The notes beneath the pieces are model-generated. The model was not told where the DNA came from. It was given only the letters and a program-made list of their open reading frames with translations, and ran no database searches. The position numbers and the translations under genes were made by a program. A stretch of 64,000 nucleotides of DNA from an uncultured Alphaproteobacteria bacterium (GTDB lineage: Bacteria > Pseudomonadota > Alphaproteobacteria > Rs-D84): contig CALDAH010000016.1 in NCBI GenBank assembly GCA_937903135.1, positions 774 through 64,773 on the forward strand, written 5' to 3'. Of the stretch, positions 44,624 through 54,979 are shown piece by piece. Position 1 is the stretch's first letter. Each line of letters starts with the position of its first letter.

Positions 44624-47600
44624 ATGGAAAAAAAGCGCAATTTCCTTGGGTTTTTGGCATCTTTATTTATGATAGTTTTTACCAGCAGTGCCTTTGCCGC
44701 CGCTGGCTATGTTTGTTCGACCAAGCAGTATACGTCATGTAATGCCGGCTATTATTTAACCGCCAGCGGCGTTGGAAATTCATGCAGCAGCTGTACAAGT
44801 GTGGATAATAAATCACAAATCGGATCGGTTGATATTACCGGCGGGCGACGCATTCAGACATGTACCGGAAAATACGAAAGCAGTAAAGGCGACGGTACAA
44901 TCGGAACAGCCGCATGTACAGGCTGCAGCGCGTCAACATATACATGTTCATGTAATAGCGGATATCACGTCGTCGGCAGCGGCGCGTCATGTACATGCGC
45001 ACCGGACTGCAGCACGTCAAAGGCGTGTTCAACACTTGGCAGCGAATGGTCGGGGACATATGACGAATGCAAAGGCGATCAGGGATCAAAGTGTTCAAAA
45101 TCATGTTCTGTGACATGCTCAGGCAATAATACCGCTGCATGCCCGGCAAACGCAACATGTACATATAATACATCGTATAAACACAGCGGCACACAGTACT
45201 ATGGCGGCACGTGTAATGCATCAGGGACATGCCCGGTTGCGACGGTTACATGTAATGCCGGATACTATAAAAACGCAAACGGGACATGCACCGCGTGCGA
45301 AGATGGATATTACTGCACCGGGAATAATACCCGAACCGCGTGTACAACACTTGGCAGCGAGTATACAAAATCCGACGGATCTCGTAATGCCAGTTCATCG
45401 TGCTATCGGTCCTGCACAAAGCAATGCACATGTCCGACGGGTGCAAATTGCACAATTACCAATACAAACGGCACACAGCACTATGGCGGTACATGTAACG
45501 CCGCAGCATCTGTCTGCACCGTCGCAAGCTGTCAGGCTGGCCGATATAAAAATAATAACGAATGTCCGTTATGTAATACACTTGGCGATAAAACATATAC
45601 GCAATCTGCCGCAAATAATACCGGCGGCGCGACCAGCTGTTATAAGTCATGTACAAAGGCATGCACTCAGGTAAAACCCGCCCACGCGACAACTGTTACA
45701 TATGGCAATACATCTACCAACGGCACGCAATATTATAATGGCACGTGTTCGGCGGCGACATCTAATTGCTCGGTTACGGTCACAGCCTGCGAAACGGGGT
45801 ATAAGGTAAACAGCGCAAAAACCGGATGTGATCTGGACGCATGGACAATTACATATAATACAAACGGCGGTACGAATGATTCACGTAATCCGGCCAATTA
45901 TACCATTAACACAGCCAGCTTTACGTTTTATGCGCCGTCAAAACAAAAACCCGGCTATACATTTGACGCATGGTATCGCGAACAGGCGTTTACCAACAAA
46001 ATCACCGGCGTAACCCAGGGGACAACAACGGGTAATCTGTCGCTGTATGCAAAATGGAATGCCTGCGCGGCCAGTAATACCGCCGGGGCATGCGGATGTA
46101 CATCGGCCCAGCATCCAAACGGCAGCGGATGCGCGAACTGCGTTGTATCATGCGCCGTGACAGTCGGTTATACATTGGGTGAATATAATGTATGTAACGG
46201 CCAAAACAACGGAATATGCTATCGCAACTGCACAACTGCGGATGTGGCAAATTCGTCCGCGGTTAGCGGGACAGTAAAAAAATCCGGCACAAAAACATGT
46301 GCCGCGACCAGCTGTAATGCTAATTATTGGCTAAATAACGGTGCATGTTCACAGTGCGTTGCCAATGCGACCTGTTCGGGCGGATCGGCAACAAAACCTA
46401 CATGTAATACCGGATATACATGGAACAGCACGACGAAACGTTGTGATGCAAATCCTTATAAAATTACATTAAACGCGAACGGTGGATCGGTATCGCCCCA
46501 GGAACAGACATGCTATCATAATACCGCATGCGCTATATCCCCTGTCCCTGCCCGTGCGAACTATACATTCCTTGGCTGGAGCAAGAGTTCGTCATGCACA
46601 GATAAGGGAACGTCGTTTACATTCACATCGGCGGCAACGCTATATGCATGCTGGGAACACACAACAACCGCATGCCAGGCGGGAAAGTATTATAACGCGA
46701 CATCACGTCAGCATGAATCTTGCCCGGTTGGATATTACTGCCCGGGGACGGGGAATACATATGTTGATGTAACCGGATGCCGCACGGCATGTGTGGCCGG
46801 CCAATTATGTAATGGCGGCGCAACACAGCCTGGGACATGTCCGACGGGCCAGATATGCTCGGGTGGTCGCCCAAGTGATTGCCCGGATAAATCATATTGC
46901 TCGGGCGGGTTTTCAACAGCGTGTCCGGCCGGTGCCAGTGGCGCAGATAAAAACAGTACGTCTGCCGCGGGTTGCTATTTCACATGCCCGGGTAAAAGTA
47001 CTGCACACGGAACACTATCGGTCGTAAATGCCAAAGAATACTATAACACGACATCTGCTAAATACCCGGCATGTACATATACCGCGCACTGCGACGATGG
47101 ATATACCGCGTTAAAAAGCCCTGGCGTTGATCCGTCATGTATGTTCACAGACGCCTGCCCCGAGGGATCTTATTGTACAGGGGGCGTAAAATACGAATGC
47201 CCGGCCGATCCAAATGGTCTGATCCCGACATCCGAACCGGATTCAGAACAGGTAACCGAATGCTATGTGGTTAATACAAATATTAATTTCGCGCATGGAT
47301 CTGCCCGATCACAGTGTTATTGGAATCCAAGCACACGAAACTATACCGCGGGTTGTATAATAACCGCACTTAGCTGTGATGCCGGATATTACTATAACGA
47401 CGAAAACAGAACGGGCTGCTCGGTCGCGACAGACGGTTATTACAGCGGCGCCGGAACAATATATCAAACGCAATGCCCGGCGGGATATTCAGGATCAGAC
47501 GACGGGAACGACCCAGGTGCAACGCAGCGCGATACGGTTAACGACTGCTATGCCGAATGCGCCAAGGATGTAAATAACGCGTTATCTGTAACGCCGGCAG

Positions 47601-49258
47601 CACCTAAGGTATATTATTCAAACGGTGTATATCCAACATGTATATTCACAGTTGAATGCGAAACCGGTTATCATGCGGCAAATAATAATTCCAATAACCC
47701 GTCATGCCCGGCAAATGAATATATCGTCGTTCTGAATAAAAACGGCGGCACAGGAAATATCGCGGACAGCATTAATTGCACATTTAACAGTGGTGCATGC
47801 ATGCTGCCGGGGATGGGCGACCTTAAACGCGCGGGGTATTCATCCGACCAAAAATGGTGCAGCACACCAGATGGTGAATTACCATGTTATCCGGCGGGAT
47901 CGGTTGTTACATCAAATATATCCCCAACGGGTTCTGCGGAAACATTGTATGCAAAATGGACACCGCGATTAATAACCGTTAACCTTAACGGCAGCGGCGC
48001 GCAGACAAACGCTAATCCGGCGACAGTTTATATGCGCTATGAAGATGCGTGGTACTATAACGCCGATATTACATCTCCGATCAGCGCACTAAGTGCACTG
48101 CCGGAAAAAACAGGCTATATATTTACCGGATATTATTCACAGCCAAACGCAAAAGGGACAATGATTATTGATTCAGACGGGACATTTGTTAACTCTGCGG
48201 CGACGCTGACATTTGTAACAGAAACACCTGCGACAATATATGCGGCATGGGTTGTTGGAAAAACGACCTGCCCGGCCGGAACATACTATACAAATGAAAC
48301 GGCCTGTACCGAATGCCCGGCAAACCACTTCTGCCCAGGCGGCGACTTTGACACCGAAGGCGGCATCCAAGGATTAGACCTGTGCGCGGATTTAGGTGAC
48401 GGCGAATGGCAGTATTCTGATGCCGGCGCAAAATCTGCGAACGCATGCTATCGCGCCTGCGAAGAATACCGCGTAACAAACGGTACTGCGACGCCGATAA
48501 ATGACACCGAACAGTGGCCAAGCGCATGTCAGTTCAGCGGGACATCTGATAGCGGAAATCCGTGCGATATTATCGGTGATGCATGTATGGAAACATCGTG
48601 CATAAGCAGCTATGAACTGATTAATGGTATCTGTGAACCGTGTGCGCGCGAATACGCAATGTCATACGAGCCAACCGGTAATTGCGTAATTAAATCATGC
48701 GAAAGCGGCTATCATTCCAACAAAGGTTTATACTGTGAACCGGATGTTATGGAATGCAGCCAGCCGAATGCCGCATTCGCCGAACAGACCTGGAATCACA
48801 AGATCGGGGCATTTAGCGCATGTATAATCAAGGAATGCGACGCCGGATACCATATCGCATCCAACGCATGTGTTCCAGACGAAGAAGCATGTGTGGTTGA
48901 AAACGGTATCGGAACGCGCGAATGGGATACTGCGGCGAACCGTTGGGGCGAATGCATTGCCACGTCATGTAATCCGGGATATACAAATGACCCGGGCGAG
49001 ACGAACGAACGCACCAAGCAGTGTGGCCAATGTAAAAATAAGTTCAGCACCCTCGGCCAGGTGGCCGTTAGCAGCTATGCCCACGGATGTGAAATCGCGA
49101 CATGTATGTACCAGGGCGAATTATATAATCTGGACGGGAATGAATGCGTTCCGATTTGCGAAGTAAACGGATATTCGGACGAAACCGGAACTCGTAAATG
49201 GGATGCGGCACGTGGAAAATGCGTTCAGACATGTAACGAAGGATTTGTTCCATGGTAA
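44624..49258 (+). CDS. Giant cysteine-rich secreted/surface protein (1544 aa) with four Listeria-Bacteroides-type repeats
   Basis: GAGAGGAAG SD. Signal FLGFLASLFMIVFTSSAFAAA. Roughly one residue in ten is Cys, in recurring C.AGYY....C..C..G.YC.G modules. Four ...NGG...GY.F.GW......LYAKW units at 45839-46057, 46454-46654, 47720-47959 and 47969-48250. Confidence 0.88.
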   Translation: MEKKRNFLGFLASLFMIVFTSSAFAAAGYVCSTKQYTSCNAGYYLTASGVGNSCSSCTSVDNKSQIGSVDITGGRRIQTCTGKYESSKGDGTIGTAACTGCSASTYTCSCNSGYHVVGSGASCTCAPDCSTSKACSTLGSEWSGTYDECKGDQGSKCSKSCSVTCSGNNTAACPANATCTYNTSYKHSGTQYYGGTCNASGTCPVATVTCNAGYYKNANGTCTACEDGYYCTGNNTRTACTTLGSEYTKSDGSRNASSSCYRSCTKQCTCPTGANCTITNTNGTQHYGGTCNAAASVCTVASCQAGRYKNNNECPLCNTLGDKTYTQSAANNTGGATSCYKSCTKACTQVKPAHATTVTYGNTSTNGTQYYNGTCSAATSNCSVTVTACETGYKVNSAKTGCDLDAWTITYNTNGGTNDSRNPANYTINTASFTFYAPSKQKPGYTFDAWYREQAFTNKITGVTQGTTTGNLSLYAKWNACAASNTAGACGCTSAQHPNGSGCANCVVSCAVTVGYTLGEYNVCNGQNNGICYRNCTTADVANSSAVSGTVKKSGTKTCAATSCNANYWLNNGACSQCVANATCSGGSATKPTCNTGYTWNSTTKRCDANPYKITLNANGGSVSPQEQTCYHNTACAISPVPARANYTFLGWSKSSSCTDKGTSFTFTSAATLYACWEHTTTACQAGKYYNATSRQHESCPVGYYCPGTGNTYVDVTGCRTACVAGQLCNGGATQPGTCPTGQICSGGRPSDCPDKSYCSGGFSTACPAGASGADKNSTSAAGCYFTCPGKSTAHGTLSVVNAKEYYNTTSAKYPACTYTAHCDDGYTALKSPGVDPSCMFTDACPEGSYCTGGVKYECPADPNGLIPTSEPDSEQVTECYVVNTNINFAHGSARSQCYWNPSTRNYTAGCIITALSCDAGYYYNDENRTGCSVATDGYYSGAGTIYQTQCPAGYSGSDDGNDPGATQRDTVNDCYAECAKDVNNALSVTPAAPKVYYSNGVYPTCIFTVECETGYHAANNNSNNPSCPANEYIVVLNKNGGTGNIADSINCTFNSGACMLPGMGDLKRAGYSSDQKWCSTPDGELPCYPAGSVVTSNISPTGSAETLYAKWTPRLITVNLNGSGAQTNANPATVYMRYEDAWYYNADITSPISALSALPEKTGYIFTGYYSQPNAKGTMIIDSDGTFVNSAATLTFVTETPATIYAAWVVGKTTCPAGTYYTNETACTECPANHFCPGGDFDTEGGIQGLDLCADLGDGEWQYSDAGAKSANACYRACEEYRVTNGTATPINDTEQWPSACQFSGTSDSGNPCDIIGDACMETSCISSYELINGICEPCAREYAMSYEPTGNCVIKSCESGYHSNKGLYCEPDVMECSQPNAAFAEQTWNHKIGAFSACIIKECDAGYHIASNACVPDEEACVVENGIGTREWDTAANRWGECIATSCNPGYTNDPGETNERTKQCGQCKNKFSTLGQVAVSSYAHGCEIATCMYQGELYNLDGNECVPICEVNGYSDETGTRKWDAARGKCVQTCNEGFVPW
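45023..45811 (+). repeat. Three degenerate tandem coding repeats (about 75-105 aa each) inside the giant gene
   Basis: Units start ACSTLGSEW / ACTTLGSEY / CPLCNTLGDK. Each contains SC(Y)(K/R)SC.K.C ... NGTQ(Y/H)Y(G/N)GTC.A....C.V..C..G.YK. Confidence 0.7.
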
Positions 49259-49261
49259 AAT

Positions 49262-49287
49262 AATCCCGCCACATGGCGGGATTTTTA
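49262..49287 (+). terminator. Intrinsic terminator of the giant gene
   Basis: AATCCCGCC-ACAT-GGCGGGATT followed by TTT. Confidence 0.75.
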
Positions 49288-49324
49288 TTGCGTATTCTGT
49301 AACATAATATAAAATTAAATCATA

Positions 49325-50482
49325 ATGAAATCGTATGATGTTATTATTATCGGTGGTGGCGCGGCCGGATTAATGGCGGCACGTTCGGCGTTAATGCGCG
49401 GGAAACGCGTCGCGGTAATTGATATGGGCGATCGCCCCGGGCGCAAGATTTTGGCATCCGGCGGTGGGCGGTGTAATATTACAAACGCGGCGGCGGCATA
49501 TGATAAATATTTTGGCAAAAACCCGATGTTTGTTCGCGGTGCATTAGCGCGTGTTTCACCGCGTGATATCCTGGATTGGATGGCGCGACATAAACTGCGC
49601 TGGACCGAAAAGGCCGCCGGCCAATATTTCTGTGCGACCGGCGCTGCGGATGTGGTTGCCGCCCTGATAAACGACACAAAAGAAGCGGAGTTTTTTAAAA
49701 ATACAACTGTATGTGATATGCAAAAAACATCCGATGGGTTTATTGTATCCGGCCAGGGCCCGCGTTTTTATGCAAAATCTGTGATCGTGGCGACGGGCGG
49801 AATTTCGTTCCCGACACTTGGCGTATCGGATGCGGGGTATAAAATCGCAAAGAAATTTGGTCATCGCATTATCCCGGCGCGGCCCGCGCTGTGTGGAATT
49901 GCGACTAATATTTTCCCAACTGAATTGGCGGGGATTTCAATGCCTGTGGAAATTACAATTGGCCGCGAAAAAATTACAGATTCTGTTTTATTTACTCATT
50001 TTGGCATCGGCGGGCCGGCCGGATACCGAACAACCGTACGTGATATTAATTCTGATATTCATATTAATCTGATGCCCGCCAATAACATTGGCGATATATT
50101 ACGCACATTGCGCCAGACGGCCGGGCGAAAAACGCTATCGGGGGGGTTATCTGAATACGTCCCGGCGCGCGTTGCAAAATGGATTGCGGCGGGCGACGGG
50201 CGAAATATTGCCGATATTCCAAATACAGATATTGATAAAATATCCGCACGTATTCATAACATTATAATACCGGCCGACGCGATTAAATTTCATAACCTGC
50301 AATCGGCCGAGGTTGTACGCGGCGGCGTTGATACGGCCGATATATCATCTAAGACCATGGAATCAAAGATTTGCCCGGGGCTGTTCTTTGCCGGCGAGGT
50401 TATGGATATCGCCGGGGATTTAGGCGGATTTAACCTGCACTGGGCATGGGCGAGTGGAACGGTTGCCGGGATGAATGCATAA
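49325..50482 (+). CDS. NAD(P)/FAD-dependent oxidoreductase, HI0933/BaiN-like
   Basis: YDVIIIGGGAAGLMAA dinucleotide fold, GGGRCN, C-terminal GLFFAGEVMDIAGDLGGFNL. Confidence 0.85.
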   Translation: MKSYDVIIIGGGAAGLMAARSALMRGKRVAVIDMGDRPGRKILASGGGRCNITNAAAAYDKYFGKNPMFVRGALARVSPRDILDWMARHKLRWTEKAAGQYFCATGAADVVAALINDTKEAEFFKNTTVCDMQKTSDGFIVSGQGPRFYAKSVIVATGGISFPTLGVSDAGYKIAKKFGHRIIPARPALCGIATNIFPTELAGISMPVEITIGREKITDSVLFTHFGIGGPAGYRTTVRDINSDIHINLMPANNIGDILRTLRQTAGRKTLSGGLSEYVPARVAKWIAAGDGRNIADIPNTDIDKISARIHNIIIPADAIKFHNLQSAEVVRGGVDTADISSKTMESKICPGLFFAGEVMDIAGDLGGFNLHWAWASGTVAGMNA

Positions 50483-50547
50483 AAGAATTCATACCTATGT
50501 AATTATGGAATAAAAACTTCTATACTGCCCGGTGACAGGGTTAAGGT

Positions 50548-51441
50548 ATGAGAGAAGAAGTTTTTATCGCCCGGGACGGCAAGCATCTGATTTGTACATT
50601 ATGGGACAATGTTAAAAAACCAATTGGCGTGGTTCAAATAATTCACGGTATGGACGAACACGTTGGCCGATACGACCGCTTCGCCAGATTTATGAATCAG
50701 CACGGTTATATAGTATTCGGTGACGATCATCGCGCCCACGGGCGGACGGCTGTAAATATATCCAGAATTGGGAAAACAGACGGACAAAAAGATTTATTCG
50801 CCGCGACCGAACGCGACGAGTTGGATATTATGCACTATCTTAAAAAACGTTATGGCCTGCCGTTGTTTTTATTTGGCCATAGCTATGGCAGTTTTATTAC
50901 CCAGCGATTAATGGAAGAAAAAGGAATCTGCAGTGCGGGCGTATGCTTATCGGGGTCGGCAAAATATCCGGAATGGATGACGGTTGTTGCCCGGGTAATT
51001 GCGTGGATTGGAATGAAAATATGGGGCGCAGATGCACCGGCCCGATTTATTGAATTTTTCTCGCCTATTCGCAGCAGAAAAAATGGCGAAAGCCGCCTGA
51101 GCCGCGATCCCGTTCAAATCGCCGCGCATAACGCTGATCCGATGCGTGCAAAAAATTTTTCATATGGTTTTTATTATTCGTTATTTAAAAACTTAATGCA
51201 TCTGCATCAACGTGCATGCCCGGAAACACCGTTGTTAATTATCAGCGGCGCAAATGATATGGTTAGCCTGAACGGGCGTTTTTCAAAATCATTATACCGC
51301 GCATATCAATTACATGACATGCAGAACCTGACGATGATTATATATCCCGATGCACGGCACGAGTTATTAATGGATTTAAACTACCGTGACGTTCAAAACG
51401 ATATATTAGCGTTCTTTAACGCGGCGATTGCTAAAAAGTAA
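50548..51441 (+). CDS. Alpha/beta hydrolase (lysophospholipase/monoglyceride lipase-like)
   Basis: VVQIIHGMDEH, GHSYGS nucleophile elbow, C-terminal ...DARHELL. Confidence 0.8.
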   Translation: MREEVFIARDGKHLICTLWDNVKKPIGVVQIIHGMDEHVGRYDRFARFMNQHGYIVFGDDHRAHGRTAVNISRIGKTDGQKDLFAATERDELDIMHYLKKRYGLPLFLFGHSYGSFITQRLMEEKGICSAGVCLSGSAKYPEWMTVVARVIAWIGMKIWGADAPARFIEFFSPIRSRKNGESRLSRDPVQIAAHNADPMRAKNFSYGFYYSLFKNLMHLHQRACPETPLLIISGANDMVSLNGRFSKSLYRAYQLHDMQNLTMIIYPDARHELLMDLNYRDVQNDILAFFNAAIAKK

Positions 51442-51458
51442 ATTGCGAATATGATTAA

Positions 51459-51953
51459 TTACGCGCTGACCTGCCCCGATGCATTATTGCATATATTGGC
51501 AAATCGCAGAGGAATAATTTTAACCAGATCATCAACGGTCGTTTCAACCTGATACCCGACGCGACCGGCGCTGTATATTATTGTATTAAAATTATTAGCA
51601 CTGGCGTCAATTACGGTCGCGAACTGTTTTTTCATTCCAATCGGGCTGCAGCCGCCGTGTATATATCCGGTCAGATCCAATAAATCACGCTGCTTCAGCA
51701 TGGATATTGATTTTTCCACAACGGCCGCGGCAGCCAATTTTAGATCCAAATCAGCATCTACTGGGATCATAAAAACATAATATTTATTTGTATTTGAAAA
51801 CGTTACCAGGGTTTTAAATACCTGGGCCGGGTCTTGGTTTAATATACGCGCAATATCTGCCCCGGTAATTCCCGGGACAGAGTTATATTCATAACAACGA
51901 TACGGAATATGGCGCGCATCCAATTGCCGCATAACGTTTGTCTTTGGCGTCAT
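51459..51953 (-). CDS. ybaK: Cys-tRNA(Pro)/Cys-tRNA(Cys) deacylase YbaK
   Basis: TNVMRQLDARHIPY..YEY start and GYIHGGCSPIGMKK motif. About 160 aa. Confidence 0.85.
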   Translation of the reverse strand: MTPKTNVMRQLDARHIPYRCYEYNSVPGITGADIARILNQDPAQVFKTLVTFSNTNKYYVFMIPVDADLDLKLAAAAVVEKSISMLKQRDLLDLTGYIHGGCSPIGMKKQFATVIDASANNFNTIIYSAGRVGYQVETTVDDLVKIIPLRFANICNNASGQVSA

Positions 51954-51957
51954 TATA

Positions 51958-52524
51958 TTATTTATCCATTTTAACTAAATCCGCCGCAATACTTTTAGAT
52001 AACCGGCCGACCAGATCCCCGGCCGCGGCGGCATAGTCTGAATATTCAGCCCCAGTGTCCGCGGTGTAATGAACATTTTTAGTCCGGATGTTATTATCAT
52101 TATCCGACGTGATGGTATATATCGCATCCAGGCTGATTTTATCACCCGGGGCACCGTCTAGCTTATATACCTCAACGAATACCGTATAATTGGGGGATTT
52201 TCCTGCAAAATCGCTGTTCTTGATGATTGCGCGCGGCAGCATCGCTTCCAGGTCGGATATAATTCTGCGCTGAATCATTGGCGATAAACCCTCGGCCCAG
52301 CGGTTATGGTTTGAGATATTTACAGCTGTATCCGACGTTGTAACAATCTGCGTTCGGTCAATATATTCAGGGATTTTAACACGTGCGACATCAACTATTA
52401 TCCGATTTTCGGCGATTGGGTGCGATATATCCGACGGCGCGAACGAATAAAACGCAGAATCCGGTTTTTGCGGCATACATGCCGATAGCATAGAAATTAA
52501 CAAAACAGATAAAATTTTTTTCAT
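51958..52524 (-). CDS. PqiC/YmbA-like ABC-transport auxiliary lipoprotein
   Basis: Lipobox LLISMLSAC. ARVKIPEYIDRTQIV...NRWAEGL pattern. Last gene of the MCE operon. Confidence 0.7.
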   Translation of the reverse strand: MKKILSVLLISMLSACMPQKPDSAFYSFAPSDISHPIAENRIIVDVARVKIPEYIDRTQIVTTSDTAVNISNHNRWAEGLSPMIQRRIISDLEAMLPRAIIKNSDFAGKSPNYTVFVEVYKLDGAPGDKISLDAIYTITSDNDNNIRTKNVHYTADTGAEYSDYAAAAGDLVGRLSKSIAADLVKMDK

Positions 52525-52540
52525 TTTATATCCCCTTTTT

Positions 52541-53287
52541 TTATTTGCCCCTGATTATAGATTCCGGGTGCTGTTCCAGGTAATCGGTTAAATTTCGCAG
52601 TGAATTTGCAGCACGGCTGACGTCGTTTACGGCCTGATTAAAATTATTTAATGTCGCCGCAGATTTACGTGCCACATCATTACTGATTTTTGCGGCGGGG
52701 CTTAATACATCCTTTAATTCCAACAACGTTTTATTCAGATTATCCATAACATCGCGAACGGGGATATTTTGAACATTCGCAGATATTTCCCCAATTGACG
52801 ACAGCGCCGTCGGAATTTCATAAACACTATCACGCGCATCACCGGTTAATGTGGTTTTGGCGGGCCGGACATCCAGTTCTATCATTAACTGACCGGTTAG
52901 CAGGTTTTGATTGATTAACCGCGCATGCAGTCCACGCGATATTAGTGCCCGGATAATATCTTCCTCGGTCCAGTCGCGATGCTGCTTATGCCCTGATATG
53001 ATTTTTGTAATATCATTAAATGTTATATATACCGGGATATTAAAATCATATGTTTCCGGGTTCGGAACAATTTCAATTTTCGCGACCTTTCCAACCTCTA
53101 CGCCGTTTAATACGACGGGTGCACCGATGCTTAGCCCCTTAATAGACTCGTGAAAATACATAACATATAAATTCTTGTCCGATCCGCGGATTCCGATTCC
53201 CAATGCAATGGCGATAATTGCAATAAATGCAATAATTCCACTGATAATAAACGCGCCAATTATTTTCTTGTTCGGTTGTTTTTTCAT
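52541..53287 (-). CDS. MCE-domain protein (MlaD/PqiB-like)
   Basis: N-terminal TM segment, then F.ESIKGLSIGAPVVLNGVEVGKV MCE core. Confidence 0.85.
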   Translation of the reverse strand: MKKQPNKKIIGAFIISGIIAFIAIIAIALGIGIRGSDKNLYVMYFHESIKGLSIGAPVVLNGVEVGKVAKIEIVPNPETYDFNIPVYITFNDITKIISGHKQHRDWTEEDIIRALISRGLHARLINQNLLTGQLMIELDVRPAKTTLTGDARDSVYEIPTALSSIGEISANVQNIPVRDVMDNLNKTLLELKDVLSPAAKISNDVARKSAATLNNFNQAVNDVSRAANSLRNLTDYLEQHPESIIRGK

Positions 53288-53290
53288 TTT

Positions 53291-54040
53291 TTATTTGTCC
53301 CCCCTGTTTAAGAACATCCCGATAACATCATCGGGCGGATTATCACGCATAATGCGCGGATCACCATATGCCCCGATCGTATGCGTTCGCGTATCTAAGT
53401 ATATCGCAGATGTTGCAATTGTAAAAATAGATTGAAGCTCGTGCGATACGATAATAATCGTCGTCCCTAGCTTTTGATTAATCGTCAGTATTAAATCATC
53501 CAATCCGCGCGATGATATCGGATCCAGACCGGCCGACGGTTCGTCAAAGAACACAATTTCCGGGTTCAGCGCCAATGCCCGCGCCAGGCCGGCACGCTTT
53601 TTCATTCCGCCGCTGATCTCAGACGGATATAAATCACGGGCGTTTTCCAAACCTACCATTGCTAATTTTTCATCAACCATCGCGGCGATATCAGTCGCGG
53701 AAAAATCTGTATGCTGCTGTAACGGTAATGCGATATTTTCCTCGACGGTCATAGAGCTAAATAACGCCCCGCCCTGAAATGATACACCGATGTTTTTCAT
53801 TATATCCGCCCTACGATCCGCACTTGCCCGGAACAGATCGCTGCCGTTTATAATAACCCGCCCACGCAGGGGCGCAACCAGTCCCGTCATCGTCCGCATA
53901 AGTGTGCTTTTGCCACAACCACTTGGCCCCATGATTACAAATATATCCCGACGTGCGATATCAAACGACAGATTCCGCATCAACGCGTTATCGTCGTATC
54001 CAATTGCCAGACCGCGAACCTGTATTAACGGTTTTGTCAT
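53291..54040 (-). CDS. ABC transporter ATP-binding protein, MlaF-like
   Basis: GPSGCGKST Walker A, ISGGMKKRAGLARAL signature, VFFDEPSAGLD Walker B. Confidence 0.9.
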   Translation of the reverse strand: MTKPLIQVRGLAIGYDDNALMRNLSFDIARRDIFVIMGPSGCGKSTLMRTMTGLVAPLRGRVIINGSDLFRASADRRADIMKNIGVSFQGGALFSSMTVEENIALPLQQHTDFSATDIAAMVDEKLAMVGLENARDLYPSEISGGMKKRAGLARALALNPEIVFFDEPSAGLDPISSRGLDDLILTINQKLGTTIIIVSHELQSIFTIATSAIYLDTRTHTIGAYGDPRIMRDNPPDDVIGMFLNRGDK

Positions 54041-54864
54041 ATTCCCAATACCTCAAATACAAATGTTATTATACCGGTTGCAATAACCATCCATATAATT
54101 GCCGAAACAACCGCCCGGGTGGTTGCAACGCCAACCGCATTCGCATTACGCCCAGAATATATCCCGTAATAACACCCGCATAGCGCAATTATCATTCCAT
54201 ATACAATTCCATGAAAAATACCGACCGCAAAATTCTGAAAATCTATGGCCTGGCGGGTATAGCTTAGATATTCCGGAAACGGGATATGAAAAACGACCAC
54301 GCCAACAAACATTCCCCCCAATATCGCCATAAAATCCGCAATCAGTGTTAGTATCGGCATAGATATCGTTAATGCAATAAAGCGCTGCAGGACTAAAAAA
54401 TCATACTTGTTTATTCCCATAACCTGCAATGCGTCTAATTCTTCGTTGGTCTGCATTGTGCCGATTGTTGCCGCATATGACGCCCCGGTTCGCCCGGCCA
54501 TTATAATACCGGTCATCATCGCCCCCATTATGCGAATAGACGCAATTGCAACCAGGCTGGCGACATATATCTGTGCCCCAAAAAGCTTTAGCTGGGCCGC
54601 GCCGACAAACGCTAATATTAAACCAATTAAAAAGCTGATAAGCGAAACAATTAAAATCGCACGCGGTCCGACATCATCTATGGCCCGCCACCAATCCGAA
54701 CGACGTAACTCGGCACGCCCGCGAATAAACCGATACAGCGACGCAAATATCGCACCGATAAATCCCAGACCGCGCCAAATCGCATTATAAATACCAATTC
54801 CCCATGCGCCGATTTGCGTTAATCGGTCAGTATCGTCGTAAAAATCAATATTTTTTTGTGTCAA
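54037..54864 (-). CDS. ABC transporter permease, MlaE family
   Basis: Multi-TM with GAMMTGIIMAGRTGASYAATIGTMQTNEELDAL, typical of MlaE. Overlaps the ATPase gene by 4 nt. Confidence 0.9.
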   Translation of the reverse strand: MTQKNIDFYDDTDRLTQIGAWGIGIYNAIWRGLGFIGAIFASLYRFIRGRAELRRSDWWRAIDDVGPRAILIVSLISFLIGLILAFVGAAQLKLFGAQIYVASLVAIASIRIMGAMMTGIIMAGRTGASYAATIGTMQTNEELDALQVMGINKYDFLVLQRFIALTISMPILTLIADFMAILGGMFVGVVVFHIPFPEYLSYTRQAIDFQNFAVGIFHGIVYGMIIALCGCYYGIYSGRNANAVGVATTRAVVSAIIWMVIATGIITFVFEVLGI

Positions 54865-54979
54865 TTCCCGCCTACTCTTTGCATTTATTTTACATATTTC
54901 CCGCCCCCGCGCAAGGTGATAAAACGCCCCGGGTTAAAATAATTGCATATAGTATGTTTTTTTGATACTATTAATTATC

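Noticed and set aside
44772-49274. About 20 alternative-frame and antisense ORFs (60-157 aa) inside the giant gene.
   Set aside because: They are all nested in the 1544-aa ORF. They are His/Arg/Met-rich products of reading TGY/GGN/ACN-rich coding sequence out of frame. None has a start context.
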